This document shows positions 31,197 to 44,252 of a stretch of DNA of 64,000 nucleotides, piece by piece (position 1 is the first letter of the stretch; each line of letters starts with the position of its first letter). The notes beneath the pieces are model-generated. The model was not told where the DNA came from. It searched no databases and was given only the letters and a program-made list of their open reading frames with translations. Origin of the DNA: Eledone cirrhosa (lineage: Eukaryota); contig OZ024763.1 of NCBI GenBank assembly GCA_964016885.1, forward strand, positions 27,838,001-27,902,000, read 5' to 3'. The position numbers and the translations under genes are program-made.

Positions 31197-31585
31197 GGGC
31201 GATGGATTGGCAGTATCGGTAGAGGGTCGGACGCCATGCTTTCCAGCATAGTTACGTCCCTTTATGATCTGAGTTCAAATCCCGCCGAGGTTAACTTTGC
31301 CTTTCATCCTTACGGGGTCGATAAAATAAAGTACCAGTAATGCACTGGATAATTGCTGGCCTTGTGCCTAAAGTAGAAACAATTATAGATATATATATAT
31401 GTGGTGGATTGGCAGTATCGGTAGAGGGTTCGACACCATGCTTTGACGCATAGAGTTACGGCCCTTGCCATTTTGAGTTCAAATCTCGCCGAGGTTAACT
31501 TTCATCCTTACGGGGATCGATAAAATAAAGTACCAGTAATGTGCTGGGATAATTGCTGGCCTTGTGCCAAAAGTAGAAACAATTA
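31197..31585 (+). mobile_element. Two SINE A copies (others at 21170, 25350, 25722, 25918, 28212, 35765, 42015, 42204, 42385, 43657, 57820)
   Basis: Full head, B-box, central domain and GTAGAAACAATT end. Confidence 0.9.
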
Positions 31586-31731
31586 TATATATATACTTAT
31601 ATATATGGAGAAAATGGTGGCTTTGTAGTTACTAGTTAAGGGTGGCTTAAAAATAGGAATAAGAATAAGAAGAAAGGAAGAACGAGGGTGGGCGGGGGAG
31701 TTTTCCTCATCCGTTGTCTACTGGGGGTCTC

Positions 31732-31774
<43 letters not shown>

Positions 31775-32057
31775 AGATGTATATATATATATAGATCTGT
31801 ATATATATGTATATATACACGCATGATTCAAAGTGCCTAGCTGGTGTCTAATAGATACCAGGTTCGATTTCTCCTAGCGGACAATGGCGAGTTCTTTTTC
31901 CGTCTGTAAAGTGCTTCGCCTTACTTTATAAGATATTTATTTGCATGACCACAACTTTATCCCCTCAACACCTCGTAAAAGTCCGAGAGATCTGCTACGC
32001 ATACACGATATGATGAAATACCAATGATGGTTGGAAGATCACTGATGAAGGACTAAC

Positions 32058-32124
<67 letters not shown>

Positions 32125-32174
32125 AACTAGAAAGACGGTTTCATTTGTACATCCCTATTTATTATATATATATA

Positions 32175-33079
32175 CGAGGTGGGTCAGAAAAGTTCCAGGT
32201 CTGATGGCACAAAAGATTTATTTCAAACCCAAACTTCACACTAAGAGTTTTCTCCTTCAAAGTAATCCCCTTGGAGTATGTAACTGTAATCTTAGCTCTC
32301 TGCAGCGATCAAACCTTTTTCTTCATAATTTTAAATACATGTCCTCTGTTTTAGGTCGTCAAGAAATGAGCACAGAGCAACGAACAAACTTGAAAACTCA
32401 GTCAGAAGCAATGGGATCGTTGCAGCAAGTGTATGGAAATAAGATGATGTCACGCTCACGTGTTTTTGAGCGGTGCAAGAGGTTTAAAGAAGGACGCGAG
32501 GACGTGGAAGATGACCTCCAGGAGCGGAAGGCCCTCAACAACCAGGACTGAGGTCAACGTTGAGCGCGTCAGGCAGATGGTGCGTAGCGATCGTCGGCTG
32601 ACTGTTCGACTGATGGCAAATGAGCTGGGCATGAATCGAGACAGGACAGCGCCTGGAAGATTCTCACTGAAGATTTGGACATGCGGAAAGTCTGCGCGAA
32701 GATGGTGCCAAAACTGCTGAACGATGACCAGACGGGTCGACGCATGCAAGTGTGCCAGGACATCCTCGAGCGTCTTGAAAGCGAACCAGACTTGCTAGAG
32801 ACAGTCATCACCGGTGATGCGTCATGGATCTTCGAGTACGACCCGGGGGGGGCCGTTTCGAGGACGTGGAGGACATCAAAAGGCCGTGACGACGGAACTG
32901 CAGAGGATCCCGGAAGAATCCTTTCAGGAGTGCATGCAAGCGTGGCAGAAAAGGATCGAAAAGTGCATTAGACTCCAGGGGGGGGGGGGTTACTTTGAAG
33001 GAGAAAACTCTTAGTGTGAAGTTTGGGTTTGAAATAAATCTATTGTGACATCAGTCCTGGAACTTTTCTGACCCACCTC

Positions 33080-33080
<1 letters not shown>
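32175..33080 (+). mobile_element. Internally deleted mariner transposon with ~96-bp TIRs
   Basis: TIRs CGAGGTGGGTCAGAAAAGTTCCAGG.. at both ends within a TA context. Transposase pieces: SRVFERCKRFKEGREDVEDD/SGRPST, KVCAKMVPKLL, VITGDASWIFEYDP, then directly the C-terminal WQKRIEKCI..YFEG. Most of the catalytic domain is missing and frameshifts are present. Confidence 0.93.
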
Positions 33081-33119
<39 letters not shown>

Positions 33120-33189
33120 TTAGTTATACTATTTATGGTTATGTAAATACAAAACCTTAAGCAGTTGTAAGTATTTTACACACACCCTA

Positions 33190-33540
33190 AATAGTGGTAG
33201 GCAGTAATGTATTACTACCTTATTACCAGTAAGTTAAGTAGCTCAATGTAAAAACATCAGATGATTTACAGAGCAGTTATATGAAATATAAGAATCAAAG
33301 AACTGTTCAAAACATTATTGTGCTTACACTCTAAATTCTGTAATGAATGTTGACCCACAATGTTTGAATATGTATCAATGTTTGAATATGTATTGGTATG
33401 TCTCTCGGCTGAAAAGGAGGTCATATAACTGTCCATGCATTAATAAATTGCTCCGAAGAATCCAAACCTCGGTTTGGAGGAAACAGCTGTAAGCACAATA
33501 ATGTTTTGAACAGTTCTTTGATTCTTATATTTCATATATA
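33190..33540 (-). mobile_element. Palindromic hammerhead island
   Basis: Arms at about 33288-33347 and 33488-33537. Plus-strand HHR at 33449-33495: tgct CCGAAGA a tccaaacc tc ggtttgga g GAAA cagctg TA agca. Minus-strand tail GCTC..GAGC at 33241-33284. Confidence 0.8.
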
Positions 33541-33544
33541 TATC

Positions 33545-33727
33545 GTGTTAGAAGATGAGGCGACAAAAACTAAAGATGGTCAGTTTCCCTCCATCAGTTA
33601 TCACCTACGGGTCATGGATGTGTTTCCCCCCTTCTATCAGTAAATATCTAAAACTGTCCATCTCTAGTTTGTGCCGCCTCACTTTCTAACACTCGTTATC
33701 AGTAACCACACAACCCCGTCCCTCTCA

Positions 33728-33730
<3 letters not shown>
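33545..33730 (+). mobile_element. Degenerate palindromic island
   Basis: GTGTTAGAAG..GGTCAGTTT versus AAACTGTCC..TTCTAACAC, followed immediately by ACTC. Confidence 0.5.
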
Positions 33731-33771
<41 letters not shown>

Positions 33772-33895
33772 CTTACGATTTCAGAGTCAGGTTCGATCCA
33801 CGCATCGATCGTGCCTCAAGCTGGTCGCCAGAGAAACGATTGTAATATGTCTAATAAATTCTAATTCGTTGCACCACTGATTCTCCGTTTCTTAT

Positions 33896-33931
<36 letters not shown>

Positions 33932-34050
33932 CGCGTGGTTCAAAGTGCATAATCGGCATCTCGTAGATACGAGGTTCGACTCCTCGAAGCCGAAAGCACT
34001 TAGGGCCGCGGGATTTTACATATCTCACACTCTGTCTGTCTCTCCCTCTC

Positions 34051-34196
<146 letters not shown>

Positions 34197-34476
34197 TGCG
34201 TGTCTTCCTACCAGAAGAAATGGAAATGGAAGTACTCACATAGAAGAACCTCTTGGTATGTTGCCAGCCACCGTATTTCATCATTCACAACAACACACAC
34301 ACATACATACATACATACATACATATGCACGATCTGATAAAAGCATACACACACACACACACACACACACACTTATACACGACCACACATGATCAAATAC
34401 ATAATCAAAACCACAAACAGCCACACCCACATGATCAGAACCACACATAAGCACATATACAAACACAACCACACAG

Positions 34477-34519
<43 letters not shown>

Positions 34520-34984
34520 TACGCACACACACACTTTACTACTAACAACTCATTAGCAAATTCTTAAACAAATCATTGACTAGCTTCATTCCCAACGGAA
34601 GTCGTTCACTTGATGGTGGTGGTGGTGGTGTTGGTGGTGCTGTCAGTGGTAGTGGTGAGGGGCTTGGTGGTGGTGGTAGTGGTTGTGGTGATGGTAGAGG
34701 TGGTGGTGAGGGGGTTGGTGGTAGTGATTATGGTGGTGGTGGTGGTGGTGATGGTAGTGATGAAGGCGTTGGTTGTGGTGATGGTGGTGGTGGTGGTTAA
34801 AGTGGCGGTGGTAGTGTGGTGGCGTTTGCCGTTATAAGGATGGACGTGGTATAATCAAAGACTAGCAAACGCAACTCAATACATTAATAGAGGAAAGACA
34901 GATTTATTTCATATAGAAATGATTTCTATAGTATTACAACTGTACCCCTACGAATGGATTCCTTGAGTGTTTGAAAGGAATAAC

Positions 34985-35034
34985 TCTTGCCTGATGAGCT
35001 GGTGGTAAATGGGAGAAACTCCAGAGTAACAAGA
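34985..35034 (+). ncRNA. Hammerhead motif
   Basis: tcttg c CTGATGA gctggtggtaaatggga GAAA ctc ca gag TA a caaga. AATAAA lies about 16 nt downstream. Stem II is weak. Confidence 0.6.
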
Positions 35035-36159
35035 TTCATTATTCAGCCTTAATAAAATGAATGTATAGATATAGATATATTCCTATTCTCTCTCTGTCCC
35101 CGGTTCAGTCGGGGGTAACCACAGTAAAGTACTCAATACAAAAGCAGATTATAAATAAATATATATATATATATATATATATAATTCAAAGGTAAGAAAT
35201 TCTCTAGACAAATGTATCCACATTACGCGTGTTTGTAAAATTATATAGACACAATGACAGATCCCAGAAGAAGATTCCATATATATATACTGGCCTGGTT
35301 ACACTGACATATTTATCTATTATTTTTAGTTAGCTGCATTGTGTAGGCTTCCCACCACAAAAAAATCAAATATATTTTCAAACATGTGCGTGTGTGTATC
35401 TGTTTGTGTTTGAGAGTGAGTGGGTGAGTGAGTGAGTGAGTGAGTGTGTGTGTGTGTGTGTACATACACACACACAAGACCTTCTAACTCGAGATCCATT
35501 GAATCGAAGTTTTACTGTGTACAGAAATGTTTAAACAGGTTTACTGAGGTGTGGTAAAAATAAAATTAATAACGTACTGGTTCTTTTTTAACACAAAGCT
35601 GGCAAGACAGACTGGTGTTCCGTTAAGTTCAGAATTCTGATAGTGTATAGATTTAGTTGTCTATATTTCTGCGACTGCGCATAGATAGCTATTCGTGAAA
35701 AGAAAAAGGAAACCGGAATTATTGTCTGTCTCATTTATATAGGAACAGTCCATTATTTTTTTTCGCCAAGGTTAACTTTGCCTTTCATCCTTACGGGGTC
35801 GATAAAATAAAGTACCAGTAATGTATTGGATAATTGCTGGCCTTGTGCCTAAAGTAGAAACAATTATTTTTTTTTTGTTTTTTCTCTGCCGGGGTGACCA
35901 GCGTGTTAGCGTCTTTATGAATTAAATTATCTAATGATTTCTTCTGTTAAGAAATGAATGTAGCTATCGATCCAGGTTCGAATCTTAACGCCTTCTCTAT
36001 TTTGTCCACCGTGGGCCCCCCATTTACTTATAATAGTGAGAAATCGAGTGATCGAGAGAGACGAAGGCAGCGAGTGAAATGGCTGGCATATATGAGAAAC
36101 GACTTTTTAATTGTTGTACAAACTGTTGTTGTATAGCGTCTTGCAAGTTATAACCTGAT

Positions 36160-36722
36160 TTGGATAACGATAGCATCGGCGTTTCCTTGAGGCTTGGCCT
36201 CCGGATCTGCGAGAGATACAAATGTCGCAGCGGATCCACCGTGGACTCTTTCGGCCTCCACTCGCTTTCCTGTCGCCACAGTGCCGGCCGCCTTCCACGC
36301 CATGCTGCCCTCAACGAGGTCATAAAGCATGGCTTGGACACTGCAGGCTTCCCTTCCCAGCTCGAACCGGTGCGGCTAGACCGAGGCGACAACAACAGAC
36401 CAGATGGCACGACCATCTTCCCGTTCCGCGGTGGCAAACCCCTCGTCTGGGATGCCACTTGCAGCGACACTTTCCCCAGCCGCAACCTGGTGCAGTCTGC
36501 GACTAACCCAGGTTCTGCTGCATGTCGGGCTGAGGGGTGGGGCAAACTTTCCGAGTACCGGTAGCTCTTCGACAGGTTCGCGGTCGTGCCCTTGTCAGTG
36601 GAGACTTCTGGTGTCCTTGGTCCTAGGGTTACCTCCCTACTCACCAGCATAGGTGATGAGCTGGCCAGCCGCCGGTGTAAGCTTCAGGAGTTCGAATGGT
36701 TCTTCCAGCGCATCTCCCTCAC
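36160..36722 (+). mobile_element. CRE-like non-LTR retrotransposon fragment with restriction-like endonuclease
   Basis: LRLG..C..D.FG.H.LSC..GR..RH..LN zinc knuckle/RH region, RPDG..PFRGGKPLVWDATC, then VPLSVETSG.LGP..WFFQRISL after an in-frame stop. Confidence 0.85.
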
Positions 36723-37028
36723 TTTATAAATAAAGCTTTCCAATTCATGGAGGCAAAGAAAAGATTCTACAATTTAAACTTAGCCAGAGAAATACGAAGG
36801 TCGGTTGAAAATTTCATAGACTGACGAAGATACTCTCATGGAATGACCAAATGAGATTTATTTTGTAACATTTTTTCCTAGAAAGAAACAATGCAGTTAT
36901 TAATAAGATATATATATATATATATTATATATACTCCTTTACCTGCCCCAGCCATCCGGCTGAGGCCAAGCTAGGACACCACTATCTTACCATATATATA
37001 TATGGTTACTCCATTGCGTTTATTGGTT

Positions 37029-37101
37029 GGTGACGCACGTTTCGCTATTGATCAGCTCAAGATTCGATGTAGCCCGACTCTAATCAATGGCTCCTCAGAC
37101 C
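37029..37101 (-). ncRNA. Type I hammerhead motif
   Basis: Reverse complement: ggt CTGAGGA gccattgat..atcaatagc GAAA cgtgcg TC acc, then AATAAA. Partial copy at 45361-45430. Confidence 0.8.
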
Positions 37102-37131
37102 TCTGTTGTAGTGAACCTACAGTAACTCCAC

Positions 37132-37160
<29 letters not shown>

Positions 37161-37166
<6 letters not shown>

Positions 37167-37580
37167 ATCAAAAGATGGTTAAAGGAGTTCCATGTATTTT
37201 ATTATGCGCATTTCAAAAACAAACATCATCATGCAATAATATTTGTGTTTTCATCAGATAAAATAGGAGAACTTGATATGAAGGCTAAAAAACACTTGTG
37301 GATAGTGCAGTTTTAAATCAACATATCAGTTGATTTAAAACTGCACTATCCACAAGTGTTTTTTAGCCTTCATATCATGTTCTCCTGTTTTATCTGATGA
37401 AAACACAAATATTATTGCATGATTATGTTTGTTTTTGAAATGCGCATAATAAAATACATGGAACTCCTTTAACCATCTTTTGATCTTATATTATGTATAC
37501 TCCAGTCCTACAAACTGTAGAGTGCTTCTTATCCGATATCTGCATTGCTTTATTGTACTACAATAAAACTCACCTCCTAC
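37161..37580 (+). mobile_element. Near-perfect 162-bp-arm palindrome with a hammerhead on both strands
   Basis: Arms at 37161-37322 and 37329-37490 with a 6-nt loop. HHR at 37388-37454: ttttat CTGATGA..GAAA tgcgca TA ataaaa (mirror at 37197-37263). Tail ACTC..GAGTGC at 37499-37525. Confidence 0.9.
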
Positions 37581-37611
37581 ATATATATATATATATACAC
37601 ATATATATATT

Positions 37612-37645
<34 letters not shown>

Positions 37646-38250
37646 TATATTTATATGGTAAGATAGCAGTTGATGTAGTGTGAGTGCGTGCGATAACGCG
37701 TGATTTAGTCGTTAGGGTGTCTGGTTCACAGCTTCAAGGTCATGAGTTAAAGATATGTGTAGTAGTGGTTAGCACAATCACCCGGCTTCCATGAGTTGAG
37801 AGTTCGATTCCTCGCTGGTAACCCTGTCTCTATTTTTACTGTCTACAAGGGTACTCAATCAGCACCTTCCCTTACCACCAGAAAATGTATATATACCACT
37901 ATAACAAATTGACAGTCGGCTTTCCTCATGATTTCCTTCGAATGAAACAGTTCTAGTCCGGTAGAAGCCATTTCTCTCTCTCTCTATATATATAATATAT
38001 ATATGTATTATATATATAAAGTGGTTTCGCAATGTATATTGGAAGGGAACCACAATTAGAAATGGCACTCAATATGCTGATTGAGTAGAGACATTACTAT
38101 TTTATTATAGAAATGACTTCTGCCGGACTAAAACTGTTTCATTCATATGAAATCATTTGAAAAGTACATTAATGATAATTTCTTACGAATAAGTTCTACT
38201 CTTGAAGAAATCATTCATATAATAACGTATATACAAATAAATCAATATAT

Positions 38251-38281
<31 letters not shown>

Positions 38282-38322
38282 CTCATTTATATTTATAAAT
38301 ACGCGCGTGCGTGCGTGTATAT

Positions 38323-38600
38323 ATAATTCGAAAAGGAACAACACAAAATATAACTACTCCATTAACAAAGGTTTCTGGATCCCAGACTCTATTGATATAC
38401 GTCTGGATCGTTCGTCAGACAGATGTTATCATCTCTGTCTGACGAACGATCCAGACGTATATCAATAGTGTCTGGGATCCAGAAACCTTTGGTAATGGAG
38501 TAGTTATATTTTTTGTTGCTCCATTTTTAATTAAATAGCTCTGTTCTATACATAGAGCACTCTTTTTCCTTTGGAATAACATAACATATTTTCAAATGCA
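38323..38600 (+). mobile_element. Palindromic hammerhead island
   Basis: About 95-bp arms. HHR at 38433-38500: ctctgt CTGACGA..atccagac/gtctgggat..GAAA cc ttt gg TA atggag. Tail GCTC..GAGCAC at 38538-38560. Confidence 0.85.
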
Positions 38601-38660
38601 TATATATATGCAAAGATATCTACATTCATACATATATATACATTTATAGAATTGTATGTG

Positions 38661-38704
<44 letters not shown>

Positions 38705-39137
38705 CTATATTTCTACATTCATACATATATATTTATAGGCGTGGTGTGGTGTGGTGCGGTGTGGTGTGCATACATACATACATATATAATTGCCATACAG
38801 GAATTGGTTTCTCTGAATGTTCAAATATAAAATTTAAAAAAGACATTAACGAAACGAAACTTTAGAATCACACCATCTCACACGACAAATGTTTACAGTT
38901 ATATATATATACACACACACATATACACACACACACACACACATATATACACACATATATATATACACACATATATTCATTCATTTTTTTAGTCTAATTT
39001 TTCTTACCAACTTCCGGCATGGGGCGTTAATGTTTGCTAAATGCTTGTTTCGTACAAACACTTCAATTAGTTTTGTACCTACTTCCGTTTTAACTGATTA
39101 AATACAACATACACTTTTCATTCTATTATATATCCTC

Positions 39138-39192
<55 letters not shown>

Positions 39193-39378
39193 TGCGTGCG
39201 TATATATATATATATATAGATGTGTGTATGTGTGTCTGCATGTTTATATATGTGTGTGTATGTCTCTATATATATATGTCTATATATATGTTTATCTATA
39301 TATGTGTGTGTTTCTGCATGTTTATATATGTACGTGTGTGTGTGTATGTTTGTCTCACTGTGAGCGTGCGTGAATGCT

Positions 39379-39436
<58 letters not shown>

Positions 39437-39462
39437 TCTCACTGTGAGCGTGCGTGAATGCT

Positions 39463-39945
<483 letters not shown>

Positions 39946-40136
39946 ATATTAGTGTGTATATGCTTATATATGTTTACGAGAACCAGTGGAACTACATAAG
40001 TGACCAGGTCAAAGAGAGAGCGACGTAAATTTCTTTTCTAAGAAAGAAACGATAATTGTGATGTAAAGCTAAGAATTTTTGTATTTATGATTAGCTAACA
40101 TTACTCTTCCGCACTAACAAATATTATATGCCGATT

Positions 40137-40176
40137 CCGAGCTGAGGATCCGCTAAGGTGAAACAATTGTTCTCGG
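40137..40176 (+). ncRNA. Minimal type I hammerhead motif
   Basis: ccgag CTGAGGA tcc gctaa ggt GAAA caattg TT ctcgg. Palindrome ACAATTGT, GUU triplet. Confidence 0.8.
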
Positions 40177-40290
40177 TCTGGTGAACTAACTGTTGTGTAA
40201 CCACTTCTATATATATATAAGAGGGTGTCCAAAAATTGTATACACATTTTGATGGGAGTACTGTTGATATATATAAAGTGTGTCCAAGGA

Positions 40291-40334
<44 letters not shown>

Positions 40335-40340
<6 letters not shown>

Positions 40341-40680
40341 GTGAGGTTTTTTTTTACAAAATGAAAAATAACCGAGGTGTCCTACACGAGTGAAAGTATA
40401 AAGAAAAAGAGATGGAATTGAAAATGCAACTGAAGTCTTATTTTTTTTTTTAAATATATATATTTATTTGGTTCCTTTACCGGTTTCGCAGTTCTTCTGC
40501 TTTTAAAAAGGTGAGTTGAGATGGAGGGTCTGTGAAACCACAGACCCTCCATCTCAACTCACCTTTTGAAAAGCAGAAGAACTGCGAAACCGGTAAAGGA
40601 ACCAAATAAATATATATATATATATTTTTTTAAATAAGACTTCAGTTGCATTTTCGATTCCATCTCTTTTTCTTTATATA
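40335..40680 (-). mobile_element. ~138-bp-arm palindrome carrying a U3-A8 variant hammerhead
   Basis: Arms at about 40397-40534 and 40539-40678. HHR at 40562-40599: cctt TTGAAAA gcag aagaa ctgc GAAA ccgg TA aagg. Non-inverted family copy at 49158-49358. Confidence 0.85.
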
Positions 40681-40683
40681 TAT

Positions 40684-40779
40684 AATTACATACTACGTGT
40701 ATACATACACAGGGTGTCCGAAAAAATGTATACACATTTTAACAGCATTCTAATGAAAGTGTATAATCTTTTGGAGACA

Positions 40780-40833
<54 letters not shown>

Positions 40834-40872
40834 TTTTTCGGACACCCTGTGTATGTATACACGTAGTATGTA

Positions 40873-40875
<3 letters not shown>
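40684..40875. mobile_element. Short Tc1/mariner-like MITE (CAGGGTGTCC.. TIR, about 40710-40782) inside a local inverted duplication
   Basis: CAGGGTGTCCGAAAAAATGTATACAC..GTGTATAATCTTTTGGAGACAC. 40684-40728 is inverted at 40831-40875. Related piece at 40221-40290. Confidence 0.55.
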
Positions 40876-40914
<39 letters not shown>

Positions 40915-41024
40915 GATACGATCACGTTTTTATTTACAAAACGAAACTCAATATTTATGTAGCATTTGTTTGTTTTTTATTAGATTTTAATATACAGTTT
41001 ATTTCCTGAAACCCAGCTTCCGTG

Positions 41025-41900
41025 CTATTCGCTCTGGGATGTATCTTTTTCGATTTTTACCCATTCAAATCTCAAATTTTTGCAGAGTTTCCAATGTAGA
41101 ATCTTAGCTATTTCATCGGGTTTCCATTTCTTGTATTCATTTAGTGCCAAATTAGGGCACTGGGAAAAAAATGTGAGCCACTGCATCCTCTCAAAAACTC
41201 TGCACATTGGGTATATACCTTGGCCTTTCTTGTAAACGGGGTTCTTAGAAGACACAGTCTCCTCTCAAAACCTCCGCACACCCTACATGTGTATATGCCT
41301 TGGCCTTGCTTGTAAACGGGGGTTCTTAGAAAAGACAGTCTTCTCTCAAAACCTCCGCACACCCTACATGTGTATATGCCTTGGCCTTGGTTGGAAACGG
41401 GGTTCCTAGAAGACACCGTCTCCTCTCAAATCCCAAACAACCTACACATTGGCTATATGCCTTGGTCTTGCTTGTAAACGGGGTTCCTAGAAGACACCGT
41501 CTCCTCTCAAAAATCCCAAACAACCTACACATTGGCTATATGCCTTGGTCTTGCTTGTAAACGGGGTTCCTAGAAAACACCGTCTCCTCTCAAAAATCCC
41601 AAACAACCTACACATTGGCTATATGCCTTGGTCTTGCTTGTCAACTTGGTTCTTATAATTGGTTGGTTTTGTTTAAAAACTTCATATTGAGTAGCTATGA
41701 GCTGTGATAGTAATTAAAACACTCAGTAACATTGTGGGCCACAGTATCCTCAAAAACTCAGCACAACCTACAATTTGGAGATATGCCTTGACCTTGCTTG
41801 TAAACGTGGTTCCTAGTATGGTTGGGTTTTTGTCTGGTAGCTTGATCTGGACCAGCTGTGATAGATAGAACTTGCTGTTAATTTCTTTAGATTTTTAACT
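41025..41900 (-). mobile_element. R4/Dong-like RLE LINE fragment with ~80-bp tandem amplification of the zinc-knuckle region
   Basis: Reverse complement CRV....E...H..S.CP.LA.NEY...DEIAKILHWKLCK is typical of the R4 clade. The CRVCGGFEETV unit repeats about 7 times. Confidence 0.7.
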
Positions 41901-43426
41901 AAGACACTTCCTTCCCGAATCTGAGCTTTCGTCAAACCCGCTTTGTGATCTTTCATTTTCAATCTTTGCACAATTTCACTTTCCTCTGTAAAGAAAAGAA
42001 AAAATATATATAATAATTGTTTCTACTTTAGGCACAAGGCCAGCAATTACCCAGTGCATTACTGGTACTTTTATTTTATTGACCCCGTAAGGATGAAAGG
42101 CAAAGTCAACCTCGGCGGGATTTGAACTCAGATCGTAAAGGGACGTAACTATGCTGGAAAGCATGGCGTCCGACCCTCCACCGCCCTTATATATAATAAT
42201 AATAATTGTTTCTACGTTTGGCACAAGGCCAGCAATTACCCAGTGCATTACTGGTACTTTTATTTTATTGACCCCGTAAGGATGAAAGGCAACGTTAACC
42301 TCGGCGGGATTTGAACTCAGAATGGCAAGGGTCGTAACTCTATACGTCAAATATGGCGTCCGACCCTCTACCAATACTGCCAATGGTTTCTGATTTAGGC
42401 ACGAGGCTAAAAATTTGGGGGAGGGGAAAGTCGGCTAAATCGACCCCAGTATTTCACTGGTATCTTATATTTACCGTCGCCTACAAAGATGAAAAGCAAA
42501 GTTGAGATCGGCGGAATTTGAACTCAGAACATAAAGAGCTGAATTTATATGACGCAAAGAAAGTTGTCCGACGCTCTACCGAATAAGAATGATTATCATA
42601 ATTGTTTCTAATTTAGGCACAATTCGGGGGAGGTGGGTCGCGGAAATCGAAGATTCTGTCATCATTTGAGGCTAATCTTATTGAAAAGGTAGAGGGGTGG
42701 GGCTGAATGAATGTAGTTACCAGAACCACAGAAACAACAGAAAAGAGAAAATAAAGAAAGATTCAATAGCCCCTTAGTTCTGGGGTGTGCTGGGTTGTCA
42801 AATACCGATTTAAAGGGGCCTGATAACTTACTTTTTATCCTCGAGTTAGAAGTATGTGCCTCGTATAGGGCGCCACATTCAGCGACTCCTTTCTCTCCTT
42901 ATCTAGATACAGCAGTTGATGTGTCTGCGTGAGATAGGGGCTCATTGCATCCATAGGTGAACGGAAGAAATAAATTACTGATACATCGATCGTTATTTAT
43001 CGGTAAATTATGAGGTTGATAAAATAAAGTATCAGTCATGCACTGGTGTCAATTTAATCGACTTCCCCCTCCCCTCCAAATTGGTGGCCTTGTGCCCATA
43101 TAAGAACCGTTATTTATTGGTAAATTACATTTTTCAGTTTGTACCATTCCAGATATATTGCAAGAGGTGGGTGTCACTGACAACGACGTTTCTGTGATAG
43201 GTCGAGGCCAATCGTACTGAAAAGCTGTGTGCGGGGGTTGGGAGTTAGGGGTGGCGAGAAAGAATATAATTACCAAAACAACAGAAAAGAAAAGGAATAA
43301 GAAAATAGATTCAACATCTTAATTCGGGAGTCTGCTGGGGTGTTAAAGATCGATTTAAAGGGCCCTGATAAACTTAGTTTTTATCCTCGAGTTAAAACAG
43401 ATAGATGGATGGATGTCTTTCGAGTA

Positions 43427-43581
43427 CAGCGATTGCCAACCTTTCGGACCTCACGGACCACTAAATTCATAATTTTAAATCCCGCGGACCACTTATATGA
43501 GTTTTTTAAAAAGATAAATACATTGAAATTTTTCTGTGGTCCACCAAACTTTTCTCACGGACCACTAGTTGGCAACCGCTG
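43427..43581. mobile_element. hAT-type MITE, 155 bp
   Basis: TIRs CAGCGATTGCCAAC / GTTGGCAACCGCTG. 8-bp flanks TTCGAGTA / TTCTAGTA (7/8 match). Internal CGGACCAC repeats. Confidence 0.85.
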
Positions 43582-44026
43582 TTCTAGTAGAAGGATTCTT
43601 CGCATCTTATGACACTTGCTCTTGATTTGTGTCGTTCATTATAATTATACAACAAAGGGCGGTGAATTGGCAGTATCGGCAGAGGGTCAGGCATGCTTTC
43701 CAGCATAGAATTACGTCCCTTTACGATCTGAGTTCAAATCCCGCTGAGGTTAACTTTGCCTTTCATCAATACGGGGTCGATAAAATAAAGTACCAGTAAT
43801 GTACTGGGTATTTGCTGGCCTTGTGCCAAAATTAGAAACAATTATAATTATACAACACATGTCCGTCCCTCGTGCACTCATCCGATCATATTTCAAATGT
43901 AAGTATCGATTTTGCCTCTAATACTTCGGTAAGCAGTTCCCTATGTCAACCACTCTGTAGCAGAACGAGTATGTTATTACTTTTTTTTAATAGATTGTAT
44001 TTATGGCCCCTTGTCGTAGCTTCTGG

Positions 44027-44252
44027 AGACGCCTGGCCTAGTAATAAGGACTTACGATCATAATGTCGTGGGTTCGATTCCTGGACTGGGTGGTGTATTG
44101 TGTTCTTGAGCAAAACACTTCATTTCACATTACTCCAGCATATGCAGCTGAATCCGAGTACCAGAAATATCTGATGATTTAACGCTGCGATGGACTGGCG
44201 TCCTGTCCAGGGGTAAATCTTGTACTTTCAATCGCTTCATGCCATGAAACGA
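44027..44252 (+). mobile_element. SINE family B copy
   Basis: TGGCCTAGT.. A-box-like motif, GGGTTCGATTCC B-box, TGTGTTCTTGAGCAAAACACTT, CTGCGATGGACTGGCGTCCTGTCCAGGGG. Confidence 0.8.

Noticed and set aside
32204-33014. Functional mariner transposase gene
   Set aside because: Frameshifted and missing most of the DDD catalytic domain.
33932-34010. tRNA-like sequences with GGTTCGA B-boxes (also about 31822-31880 and 37757-37820)
   Set aside because: No convincing cloverleaf with acceptor stem. More likely SINE heads than tRNA genes.
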